DNA of 64,000 nt, taken from contig OZ004610.1 in assembly GCA_963924565.1 (NCBI GenBank), positions 4,712,001-4,776,000 of the forward strand. Direction: 5' to 3'. The DNA comes from Ascidiella aspersa. Taxonomy: Eukaryota. Below, one piece after another: positions 11,563 through 24,000 of the stretch (its first letter is position 1; the number at the start of each line of letters is the position of its first letter). The position numbers and the translations under genes were made by a program. Below the pieces are notes generated by a model that made no database searches, had not been told where the DNA came from, and saw only the letters and a list, made by a program, of their open reading frames with translations.

Positions 11563-14006
11563 ATGAAATTCGATAAAATAATGAGCTGCCTGCCATATTT
11601 TTGTCGCGGTTTGGTTGTCAAAGGATTTGGTCGTGGAAGCAAAGAACTTGGAATACCAACAGGTTTATTTTATGGGATTTTGTTGAATTTAAATATAACT
11701 TGACTTTTGTTTATACATCCTACTTTCTGAAGGTGTTTTGGGAAACTAGACAGCCCAATTTAGTGAGCTAAATTTATTTATTTAATGCCTATAAAATAAC
11801 TTTAACATTTACCAAGGGTTGTATTTCCATCATAAATTATAAGATTTTGTTTAAGTTTTGTTCAAATCACTAAAGTCAACATGATTTTTTATGTACATAT
11901 TTCTGTTGCAAATTTGCCTGGAGCCTCACAGTTATGGCATTTGTACAGTAAATTGTTATGAATTATCATTTAAATCAAATTAATCAACAGAAAAGTTGCC
12001 AAGTAAAACAAAAGGGTAGGGTTTGATAATAAATCTAAAAGCCAAAATTGTTGACTAAATAACATTATCAGTTAATGTGTTGAACATGATGATACATGTA
12101 GGACAGGGGTTCCCAACCTGTGGTATGCTACCACTAGCAGTACGCGAAGGTCTTTCAGGTAGTACACGGGAAGCTTCCGTTTTTCACAAAAACCTGGATT
12201 CACAACTTTTATATTTTGTTTATCTGTTTTTTCAAAAAAAAATCCTGAAGCTTATTCATTGTTACGTAACTATCCCTGTTGTTTCGTACCATTACGATTT
12301 TCAAAATACAGTCATGTCGATTGTCAAGGAGGAGCACAGTTGCACAGTGGGCCCTAGGTGGGCCCAAGCAATTCTTGGTGGGCGCGAGCTCTATCTTCAA
12401 ATATTTAACTTTTTATTATGATTTTATCAGTTCCATGTGGCGTTAGTCATTAAATCTGCTTATATGCCACCCTATGCATAACATCAAGATTTCACATGTT
12501 TAGAAAAGAAAGTGAAGAAAAATGATTCATAATTTTGCCATTTGCGAACCTTGAGGCTACTGTACTTTTGTTTTAATATAGTTTCTCGAATTTTTGGACA
12601 ATATTTGCTACTTATTACGACCAATTGGGGCAGGACAATTACCAAAGGGGGGCGCGGTAAAAAAAAGGTTAAGAACCACTGTTCTAAAAGAAGTGGTACG
12701 CGTGGCAGTACAGAGCATCCAAGTGGTACGAAATCGTAAAACGGTTGGGAACCCCTGATGTAGGAGGTAGGAATTGAAATTTCTTTATCAAGGTGATGCC
12801 AATTTACTTGATCTTTTAGACTTTGAATTTTAAAATTTATTATTAAGTTACATTACGGATCCATGCAACCCGTACCTATGGTAGGGTTTGTTTGGCTTTG
12901 CTTAAATTTTTTTTGCATACTGTTTCTGTTTGTAATTCATATTTTGTTTATTTTTCAGCTAATTTTCCCGAAGCTGTTGTTGAAAAGCTGCCTAAGGATC
13001 TGCCAACTGGTATATACTTTGGTTGGGCACAAGTGGATAATGGGGCTATTCACAAAATGGTCATGAGTATTGGCTGGAATCCCTACTATAAAAATACAGT
13101 CAAATCAATGGTAAAAACAGCATAAGGTTTACTTGTATTAAAGTACCAAAATAAATTGGCTTGGCTAAAAACTACTACTAATGAGTGAAAAATGTTTTTT
13201 GTTCGTTTTATATCCTTTCTTTAATACTTACGTTTTCTTACTGGTAAAAATGTTTATGGCTAATCTCTAATTGTAGGAAACTCACATAATCCATGACTTT
13301 GGAAGGGATTTTTATGGATCTTGTTTGAACATTGTAATATTGGGATTTATCCGACCAGAACTGAATTTTGAATCTTTAGGTAAGATATGTTTCACCAAAC
13401 TTGTTTTAGAAATTTTAGTTGAAATTTAACATAATATATTTTCAACATTAAATTCATAGTTTGAAAACTAATTTTAACATTTATAAAAGGTTTAAATATT
13501 CTAGTTGACTGATTTTTGTCATAGTCAAAGTAGATAATTTATTTAAAAAACATTTAAAATTTAAATTTCTCTATTTTGTTACAATATGCCAACTGAAACA
13601 TAATGTAATATAGGATTTTGTCTAATTAAATTTACAACCTAAATAAGTAGTAATTTATCGTTTGGCTTAGTAAAATTGTTAAACAAAGAAAAAGCTTAAT
13701 ATACACAAAAGTTGCAAAACCTTAAAACCATGTCATTTGTCATTGGCAGCTTATGACATGATTGATAACAATTCTTTTTTGATTGATTTTTTAACAGAGC
13801 GTCTTATAGAAACAATCCACAATGACATTAAAGTTGCGACAGACAAATTACAAACTGGCGAAATGGAGGCTTTCAAACATGACAATTTTTTCACCAACAA
13901 CAATTCAGAAAATGTGGAAAAAGTTATACAAAATGGTGGAGGAAAAGTTTCTAATGGCACAACTGAAAAACAAACACAATCAAATGAAAACAAAAACAAA
14001 TTATAG
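11563..14006 (+). CDS. RFK: Riboflavin kinase, 4 coding exons, ~187 aa
   Basis: Exons 11563-11662, 12959-13110, 13277-13379 and 13798-14006, all GT-AG and phase-consistent. Motifs: LPYFCRGLVVKGFGRGSKELGIPTANF, GIYFGWA, MVMSIGWNPYY, ETHIIHDFGRDFYG, GFIRPELNF. The second Met at 11581 is an alternative start. Confidence 0.96.
12104..12757. mobile_element. hAT (Charlie/Buster-type) MITE in RFK intron 1
   Basis: TIRs caggggttcccaacc / ggttgggaacccctg with a perfect 8-bp TSD atgtagga. It also contains the end of a second MITE (aaggttaagaaccactg, ~12665-12680). Confidence 0.9.
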
Positions 14007-16797
14007 AAACTGCTTTTGTAGACTAACATATGCAATACAGTGATAGTGGTTTTATGGGCGCTTTTTTGATTTTACAATTGTTCATGTTAAGGGACCCCTT
14101 CTTGAATGGAAATAAATGTTGTTTTATTACCATTTACCATACAACATAATTTGGCACTAAGCCCTTTAAATAGAATATTATCTACATAAACATAACAGGC
14201 ATTTCACTATAGTTTTTTTGGCACATTTAGATGAAACAGGTAATGGTTAAACATTTCCTTTTCTGATACAGGTAATTTGAATGCAGTACTACATAGGCTG
14301 TGAAAAGCTTGGTGTCAATTTACTCCCACACCTAAAAGCAAATAGTGATAAGCTGTTATCACTAAATGTGTTAATGAGAAAACCAGAATAATAAAGCAAG
14401 CTAAAGTAGACACTGGAACTGTTACTAAAACAACATTCCACCTCTCTGCATTATTTTCAAGTGTATTTACACTTAATTTTTTAACTTGTATAGACAATTC
14501 TATGTATTGTTGTATTTTGTACTTCTATAGTGGAGAAAAGTACTCATTAAGTTTCTGTTTATTTTTGAAATTTAGAACATTGAAAATAATTTTGCACAGT
14601 GTAAAAAAGGTATAGTTTGTTTTGTAGCAAATATTGTACACTAAGACAAATTACCAAAAAAATACTGCCCAAATAACACAACTGACCACAGTTAAAATCA
14701 TTTTTGCATATCTACAATCTGCTAATTTTACCATATTAAGTGTGGAAGAAAAATGATTTTGTCACATTTTAGTCTATGAGCAAAGCTATATAATATGTAA
14801 AATTCGTAATATTATGTTATTTCCACTAAAGTCTGGGCTTTCTTTGTCAGGCGATTTTAAAACAAGATTTAATTAACATGTTCCAAATTTGTCTTTGAAA
14901 GTTCCGCTTGCTTTGTTTGCTACAAATACTTGGTAATAGTGTTGTGATAATCTATAAATCACAACGAAATATTTCTCCGTTTTTTTATTTACAATACTTT
15001 CTGTTTTCTTATTTATTTATTTTTTTGAAATTTTAGATAATGTTTGTTGGTGTGTTTCGTAGATTAACCAAAGTTTTGTATGTTTTTGGTTGGACATTGT
15101 TTTTATTGAGGTGAAACAATGTGACCTGATCTGTATATGATGGAATTAAACTGTAAACATCATTTTCTTTTTTGCTTATACATGTGTTGCATTGCCTATC
15201 GCATAAGTACATGCAAACTTGAATGTAATGTATTGAGCTTATATTACTTTACATTTATCCGTATTTTATCAAATAACGTGTTGCAACTAAGAGATTTCTA
15301 ATAAAATTGTTTACGAACTGCTACAATATGGCAGCACACCATAAAAATACGTTATACCGAGACTTGGACAACTAGAAGTCATTTAAAATAGAGTGTTTAT
15401 TATTTTCCTAATTAGATTATAATGAAGTCATTTTAGTTTTCTCAAGTTGGATTAAAATAATAATCACCGAACCCTCCAGAAGTTTAAGCAAAAATTTATT
15501 TATTCACAATAAATTTTGTTTAAAGCGAAATTTGTTGTCATGAAAATGTGAATGGGAAATATTTGTATGCTAATGCTTACAATGCATAGCTTATGCATTT
15601 CAGACTGTAATAAAAGACAAGTCTTTCCGAACAAACATAATTAATTCAAATTCTTTGTTTCTACTGAGACTAAAATACCGTTGGACAAAGTAGCGTTTTC
15701 GGTAAAATCTGAATTAGATTAGAACTAGAATTATTTATAGCACACAACCGATTCACAAATTATATTAGAATTAGCAGCAATTTGCCTAATTGAGGGGTTA
15801 GCCAACACGTCGATAGCCACATTTCACCTGGTCGATCGGGTCGAATATCTGTTACTTCATTACAGTAGCTGTCGCACCCAAGCTGAACATAAAGCGCTCT
15901 TTGACGTAAATATTAAATTCCATCGCTTGCTTTGAATGCAATTAACGCTAGAAATGTTTCCTTTGCTGCAATCTATCTGCTCTGGGTTATTTAGATAGAC
16001 GATTAGTCTCTTGGGATTTATTCACTTTTTAATACTAATTCGTTGCCTTTTTGCAATTCTGTCCACGGAAAGAAGTAAAAGGCCTCTCGGTGGAAAAATG
16101 TTCGTAAAAAGAAATGCCACCACTGTTAAAAATGTTCGTAAAACAACTCGCGAGTTCGCCACCGGTCAATTTGCCGATTTCGTCGAGTCCCTACTCTACA
16201 GCCTGTATTCCATCTGAAGCAGCTTGCGCTGCTCCATATTGTTACCTGAAACCCCGGCCATCCAGATGAAGCAGGCTGGCCGGTTGTAACGTCGTCACAT
16301 CAGCCTCTGGGAATTCATCAAATTGACAGCATATTGTCTGATCGTGTTTTCGTCGATTGTCCGAGTTTCCTCTTTTTCGATGCGTCGTCGAATCGAACTG
16401 TTATGAATTTTAATTAAGGCCATCTGGTATTAAGTATAAAAGGGGTTTTGTTTTTTGCCAAAACCAGCAGTCTTGCATACTGTTCATTGTGGAGCCCGGA
16501 TCGCGTACGTTACACGGAGGTTAAGTATCGTACGTATATCGTAATTACCTGTAAGTACTGATTGTCGTTTGTCTGTTTATTTGCAATAAATATTCATTTA
16601 TTGTGCTTAAAACTCACACATCTATGTACGTGGCTATAATAGTGTAAACCTGGGCGTTAGCGCGCTGGATTGGTTTTGAGCAATACCTACAAAAGTTGTG
16701 ACGATACAGAGTTGAAATTTCAAAACAATCCTTGTTTAGATCTTTCCAGCAATCACACTTTTGGCCAAAAAACAACTTCGTGCAGGTATAGGCCTAG

Positions 16798-17101
16798 TGT
16801 AGGGCATATTATAAAATAAGGTATCATATCGCCTGCTAGGTGGATAGTTAGCTTGCTTAGTTTATTCCAACACAGAAGGTCGTAGAATAGAAGGAAAGCG
16901 ACAAGACCAGAGGTTATTGTTCTGGCCTGGGCGAAAGACAGGGCGATCATTGACGAAGAGAGGAAGTTCAAATGATGTAAGCAGAAACGAGAAGAAGGCA
17001 ATTAATAGAACACAGCAGGAATATGATCGCTGCCGTCATAAACAGACCTACCGAGTTACTATAATAGGGTCAATAACCGCCATAGACTCATTGGGGTGAC
17101 A
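16798..17101 (+). repeat. Solo-LTR-like interspersed repeat (TG...CA)
   Basis: Begins tgtagggcatat and ends ggggtgaca. Aligns by eye along its length to the reverse complement of 29176-29469. No TSD found. Confidence 0.5.
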
Positions 17102-17572
17102 TATAACTCACAATGTTGAGAATAGTTAAATTGGGATTTAAACACAAATAAATTCGTTTCGTTTTCTCCACGCAATTTTACTTTTAACAACTATTCACCA
17201 TGTGTATTCTACCTTACAGTTTGTTGCAGTTTGCGGACGTTAACGAATTTAAGAGAACTTTCTAGAATTTGACGAAACATCGATAAGTATTCCATGACTG
17301 ATATTACAAAGCTTAAAGTTTTGTTTAAGGGTATTTCCCTAAGGAACAATTTTTCTCATTAAGAATAAGCTTTCTTACAAAATGTTTTATTTACAAATGA
17401 AGAGTGGATAGAAACCCTACTTATTAGGTTTATTTTATTTTGTCCGATGATTTTTTTGCTCTAGAACTTTTTTTAGTTGTTATGAAGTTGAGACATGAGG
17501 TTTCATTCAATAAAATTACCCAACTTATAGTTCCTCTTTATCTTTTTTCCCTAAAAATAGCTTTCTAAATAC

Positions 17573-17760
17573 CAGGGTTGTATACAAGTCATTGTACACT
17601 GACAGAAGTTCCATTGAGGTCATTCACAAAATATCCTAATTCCAAGTCAAGTCATTTGCGTAAAAGACTTAAGTCCATGTCAAGTCTTTTTCTGAAAGAA
17701 AGGACTTAAAAAAGACTTCAAGTCTATTCATTTGCAAGTCAAGTATATTCATTTGCAGTA
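17573..17760. mobile_element. Left-end fragment of the gactt/aagtc hAT-like family
   Basis: Terminus cagggttgtatacaagtcatt and aagtcaagtc repeats, as in 33027 and 59349. Confidence 0.6.
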
Positions 17761-18016
17761 ACGTAATTCATTAGTACACCACACAATACCACACACTTGC
17801 TTAAATATTAAAAACATCCCTCGCAATTAATCTACCTAACATCTGACCTACTTCCAAAAAATAAATTGTAACTTAGACAGGTTTAGCTGCTAGAGCAGTT
17901 GTGTTGCAAAACTCCATTTTTAATACAATTTATTATTAAAACATTTTTAGATAGTTACCCGGGTTTATCATTTTATTATTTGCATGGATAACTAAAAATG
18001 TTTTATCTGGTTCTTC

Positions 18017-21000
18017 ATGGAAAATGCACCAAATGCTGGTAAGGACAAAAGTGTGTTTAGTTTTTCAAAATATTAAAAAAAATTAATGCCAATACATTTA
18101 TTTAACATGATATAGGCCTTACGTTTAAAACCTGTTAACCTCTTTAAAATATGCTTATCATTTAACTTGCTGGTTATATTTTAGCAATAAATAAAAGCTG
18201 TAGGACCAAACAAACGAAACAGTTGACTAACAAAATGTCAATGTGCCTTATGTTGCGTTATTTTTGTGTGTGTTACTTGTTTTTAGATTTGACACTAGGA
18301 CTACGAGTCGTTCGTGGACCCTCGTGGGAGTGGAATGACCAGGTTTGTCTTTTCTGATTTAATTTTTTTGTTTACAATAATAATACAAGGCTACTTATAT
18401 AAATTATTACAAATAGTAATATGTACTAATATAACAAAAGCAAATTGAAGTTACTTTTAAATAGAATATTTATGTATCAGGTTTACAGATTTCAGTATTT
18501 TGGATGTGTAGATAGATGTCTTTATTTTGTACTTATACTTATTGCAAAATAAAGCTAACTTAAGCCATTAAAAATCCACTTACAACTATTTGAAACTAAG
18601 ACATCTAATTTACAGATTAATTTTATGTTGAGCTATTTGATTTAAAAAATCTGAACAATATCGATTAATGTTTAACTTTATAACAGATTAGGGTAACTAC
18701 ATAACCTTCCACTGGAGTTCACATTTACTGAATACCCGAAGTCCAAATCAATAAGTTATGCTAAAATAGCAAGTAAAGTCCAAAGCCATTGTTATATCAA
18801 ATCAATTTATTTGCATCAAAACAAAATGTTATCTAATAAAAGTCATTTGATATTGAAAGATATTTCAATAGGTAAACAACAAAAACAAAAAATAGAGCAA
18901 CCAAACTATTTTACTTATAATGACGGAGGTTAAATTATCTAAATTAAAAAAGATGCTCATAAGGTATGGTTAAGTCATTTTGCCAATAATTGAGCTAAGT
19001 CGTTTAAAAAAGTTACTCGGTTCTGTTAAAAGCAATGACTTGAATCGTTTTAAAATAGTCACTTCAAAAAATTGAAAAACATTGACTTAGGTCGTTTAAA
19101 AACACTGACTATAGGTATTTAAAAACAGTGACTTAAGAAATTTGAAACAGTGACTTAAAGAAGGTCATTAAAGAGACCTAAGTTATTTAAAAACAATGTC
19201 TCAAGCCATTGAAAAAAGTAACTTAAAGCTAGTCATTAATAAAAGAGACTTGAGTTAGTTAAAACATGACTTCAGTCATTTAGAAACAGTGACTTAAGTC
19301 ATATCCTTGTGCGAGTACTCGTGTTTTCCCGTCGCATCCCTAGCAGTCACCACTGTACAGCACATTTCACAACATCTTACAGCCATCAGAGAGGTCCCCA
19401 GATCGCCAAATGTAGCGGGTCAATTAATCATTGTGGCAGAGCTGATACCGCATCAAGCAGGCGACCACTTAAGGGCTTCCAATCCTGAGTGCTTTCTGCA
19501 TTAGCGCTGTCTTGGCCGTTAGATAAGGCTCATTTTGGCCGCTTTTATGGCACCTTGCAAATTGTCTGGCAGATCGTTGGCCATGTTTACTTAACAAGTA
19601 AAAAAACTAAAGTGCGGTAAGTGTATTACAAATAGCGTCTTTTTCGTGTGGCCATGCGAGCTAAAGTTTATTCACGATAAAATAAAATTTAAGAATACGA
19701 TAGAATGAAGCTTTTTTAAGCTAGCATATATTTCGATCGTTTCGTATAAATATTTATTCAGTTTTAAAAATGACACTTTAAATAAAATTATGATTAGGTT
19801 TTAAAAGTGTGTGTTCTCTTTGTTTATTATGAGTCATTGATCGACAGACATAAACCTTCTGTTAATGGTGTCGTATTTCATTGATGTACACCGTATTGTG
19901 TAATATGATATCAACAACACGGTCGGTGTTAGAAGGGCTAGATTTTGATGCTTTAAAGTTATAAACAAAAACACAAAAAACAAGCCTTAAATTCTACCAC
20001 GAAGCAAAACTACAAAAAAATTAGCCAGATACCCCCAAAAGGGTGCCGGCCAATTTAAAAAAACGGCCAAGAAGGTTGGCCTCTTGTCATAGACTCTCGA
20101 TCACAACATACTGGCGGTATAGGCCCTGGACCAGCAATCGACTGCGGCGTGTAAGCCCTTAGTACCCTGGCACCCTTATCGTCGCACCAATTAGTCACTG
20201 CGCTTCTCGCGGCTTCACTATTACGTCATAAAGCGTCGGAGACGTTTTCGAGACTGATCCACCGTTGGAAGCAGGATAGTAGAGAGACGGGATGCCGAAA
20301 GCGGCCGATCGAAAATCATGAATCGCGCGAACGCTTGAACTCATCAATGATAACATTGTGACGTCACGTATAATTTAGGAAATTACGGAAAGGGCTATGA
20401 GGCCCAAAATAGGCGCTGAAAAAGTTTGACAGGGCGCTGTTAACGCTTTTATAGCGTGTGTTGCATTAGGTTGAGGATGGTGCTTTTAAAATTTCATATT
20501 CAAATACAATTTAAGCCCAAAGTTTAAAAATCCAAGTTAACTGCAGTATCTGACGATTGTTTAAAAGGGATGTTTTTTTGCCTAAATGGCATCGTCAATT
20601 TCTTTCTAATGGTTTCAATATGTTTTTCTTTAACGAACGCCTGATTCTATAATTATTAAAGCTTATTTAACGTTAGGTTTTACTTTGTAAATGCTTCAGC
20701 GGAGCAGTGACCGACAAGCAGAAACCTGGTTCCAATCGTTTAGGATTCTATTAAAACACAGCTTTTTTATTGAATATTTAATTACGCCGTACCACTCAAC
20801 TGTGTTTAACGGCGGCGCCAATTTTAAAGTTTTGAACTGTAATAAGAACAAAAAAAATGATTTAATTAGATCTATTCGAAACACCCTACTCTATTGCGTA
20901 GCTTATTTCAACCGTTTTTTTTTATATTTAAAAGATGTTCGTTTTTGCTACCCATAGCATGGTTGCTGGGGTCGTAACAAATCCTCACATAAGTTTATTA

Positions 21001-24000
21001 TTAATTGCACAGTTTACCCTTTCGCCAAAAGCAACCCCGACCGCATAATAAACCCTTTAGGAGTTGTTGGTTTGGTTCCCACTTTACAAAGAGCTCTGAA
21101 TTTAAAGTTTAAGTGGCAGCAATTTCAATCTCACTGCCATTGGGGTCACATTCAAATCAATGTGAATTTCTTCACGAAAGTAGTTTTCAATCTGGGAGAA
21201 AAAAAGTAGACTGCTGTCAGCTAGGATGGTTGGTTTAGTGTGCTGTGTGTTATGGGCTCTATCAGGTTGTTTTAATCTCAGATTTCTATTTAGTTTTGTC
21301 GTTAGCTGTAAACTTGAAACCATAACTGTATTTAAGGTTTATATCGATTAAATGATTACAGGAATACAGGTACTTGTCGATATCAACAAATAACTGTTAT
21401 AAGATACTTGACTTTTAAAGTTCTTCTTAATGTGCATCTTTTTTAGAACAGATTAGAGTACAAAAATACAAAAATGTTTACATAGAGGTGAAACTAATTC
21501 GAACCTTAACACTCAATTTAATTTAAAAAAACGCACATTAAAGAAATTTTTAACTCGCTATATTTCAAATTTTGTCCCGTTAAGAAAAAAGTTTATCATA
21601 TATTGCAGTTTTAATAGGAAGGCCCATACAGAAGTAGATAGAATGTTGTGAACGTTTGGAATAAATCTTGAGATGATGACTGGAGGTTGTAGTAAGGCGT
21701 CAAATGAATATCAAAGCCCAGAAAATAAGTATAGGTAGCATTTTGTGAACGTTTTGAATCAAACTTAAGATAATGGTTAGAGGTGGTAGTTTTACGTTGA
21801 GTATATTTGAAAGCCCATACAGAAGGAGGTAACATTTTGTGACATTTTTTCAGAAAGATGCATTCATTTCCAACAAAAAAATTCACAAAATGCTACCTAT
21901 ACTTCAATAGGGGTTTGATAATCATTCTACGTCTAACTACAACTTCCAGCCATTATCTTAACCTTATTTCAAACGATCACAAAAAGCAACCTAGTACTTC
22001 AAATTCATTCTACGAACAAAAATTGTGTAAAAGACGATCATTTCAATTGCTACAGATCGCGACAATCAAGCCTCCAATACGGGGAAAATAATAAATACGA
22101 ATTTACGCGCAATAACATTCCAGGCAGATTTGCAATTTAGAGACTCCAATCGTCGTTCGCCTAAGCCGGCCACTAAACGCAAAACCATCTCGAGCCGTAT
22201 GAGTTTCAAACGTTTGCGGCCGGAAGAAAATTGGCCTCGTAAATTTCTCGCGCAAATTTTCGACTTTGAAGAATTCCCCTTGAAATTGCGAGAGACGCGT
22301 AAAACTCCCACTATATCTATTCTGGCCCGAAACGCTTCCCAGTTGGCCACTGTTGGCCACTGTAAAATTTCGGGTGTGTAGACAACAGCGATATAGTAGT
22401 AGAATGTTCAAAGCTGTGTAGATTTTGAATTTTGTGATGAAATAGACACGTTTTACAGGGTTTTTCAAACATTATATCAGTGTGTCTTTTGAAAACGTTT
22501 GTAAAAGTAATATTTTGTTCTGAATATAATCTCCGTCTACATAACATTAATTTTGTTTAGTACTAACAATATATGCTGGCAAAATGTTCAAAAATTATAG
22601 CGAAATGAACAAATTCTGTGTGCTCTAATTTGAGTTGTATTTTAATTTCCGAAGTTTTAATTCTATATTCAACATTTTTTTCACAGTACTATCCATATAA
22701 ATTTTTCAAACATTTTGGCGTACAAATCCTAAACATTTATGTTCAGATCAGAATAAATTGCGCATTAACTTAATTCTGACTTAGACTTTATTTGACCAAA
22801 TGTAATTCCATTTCGTTAAATCGGTAATTCCAATCCAATTTAGGTAAAACCGGAAGGCTCCAAGGTATGCTCTATTTTCATCTGATTTAAAATAGCAGAA
22901 AAAATCTAGTTGTCCAAATGGAGTTTGATGCAAAGTTTAAATTTACTTTTTTAGGCGATTTCGGTCACTCCAATCCAATTTAGATAGAGCCGGAAGACAT
23001 TTATTTAAGGTCTAATCTAATTAAAAAAAAGGAAAAAAAAAGTTTTTTAACCATGGTTTAAAGCTTTGGCAGCTTAAATAGCTCCAGGATAAACCCGGGT
23101 CACTTAAACAGCAAAAAACGATCGCAAAATCAATCCCCTTCTCTCCCGTGTCTTTTGCGAGCTTCCAAAACCCACAAATCTCCCTCAAATCGATTTCCCG
23201 CGCGTTTTGTTATCGCTTGAAACGACAGCTCTTGTGACGTAACACTTGCGGCGCTTGTTACACAATCACCGCAACGGCGTCTAGATATCTGCAGCTTTAT
23301 CGTCACAATTACGCGGAGCCAATGGACCCCTGACTTTAGCCAGTAAAGGACTGATATTAGCGACTTCACTGACCATGTGTTTGGCTTGCCCGCTGGGTTT
23401 GAAGTTTTTTTGCAATTCTTTGGCAGGGCAGATAACCGATACCAAGTGGCAGTATTCGTGTCCGATACTAGTGTGATTTCGGTACCGATCCGATTCTAAA
23501 TTGATTTGTGCATTTTAAATTTGTTTGATATTAAAGTTATTAAAGCGTTTTTTTGGGGGGAAGGTGTTTTTTTTAAATAGTGAGATAAAATATACGATAA
23601 CTAAGCGCAAAAGCAATATTTGACCTAAAATACGTAGAAAAGATAACCTTTGCACGATTAGTTTTCGCTTTTTATCATTTTCACAAAGTGCTGGTCAACA
23701 GCTCAGTTCAAAGTCTCAGTTAAGTTGCAACGGCTCCTATAGTTAAATTTTAACAATTTTAATACAAATCACGTTCGTTTTAAATCAGATTTCACCGCAG
23801 TTTTGATGAATATACCCGTCAGCGGTATCGGAATAAGTAACCAAGTAACGGACATCTCAACCAAAATCGGATCGGGGCCGATATTAAAATGTCATTTTTC
23901 AGCTATGATTGATTTTTGAAATATAACTCAGCAATATCTACCTAAGAAGGCAAATTTATTAAAAAATTGTAGGTTAACAACTAGACGTAACCCAACTTCT

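Noticed and set aside
16130-16690. GC-richer block with AATAAA and a ...taca end (solo LTR or MIB2 non-coding first exon)
   Set aside because: No convincing TSD or second copy, so I cannot decide between the two and did not call it.
18971-19302. CRISPR-like periodicity (also 27312-27680)
   Set aside because: The units are degenerate and contiguous with no unique spacers, there are no cas genes, and the context is eukaryotic.
22066-22547. Cluster of 76-121-aa ORFs in the giant intron, as a possible nested gene
   Set aside because: No recognisable domain and no consistent exon chain on either strand.
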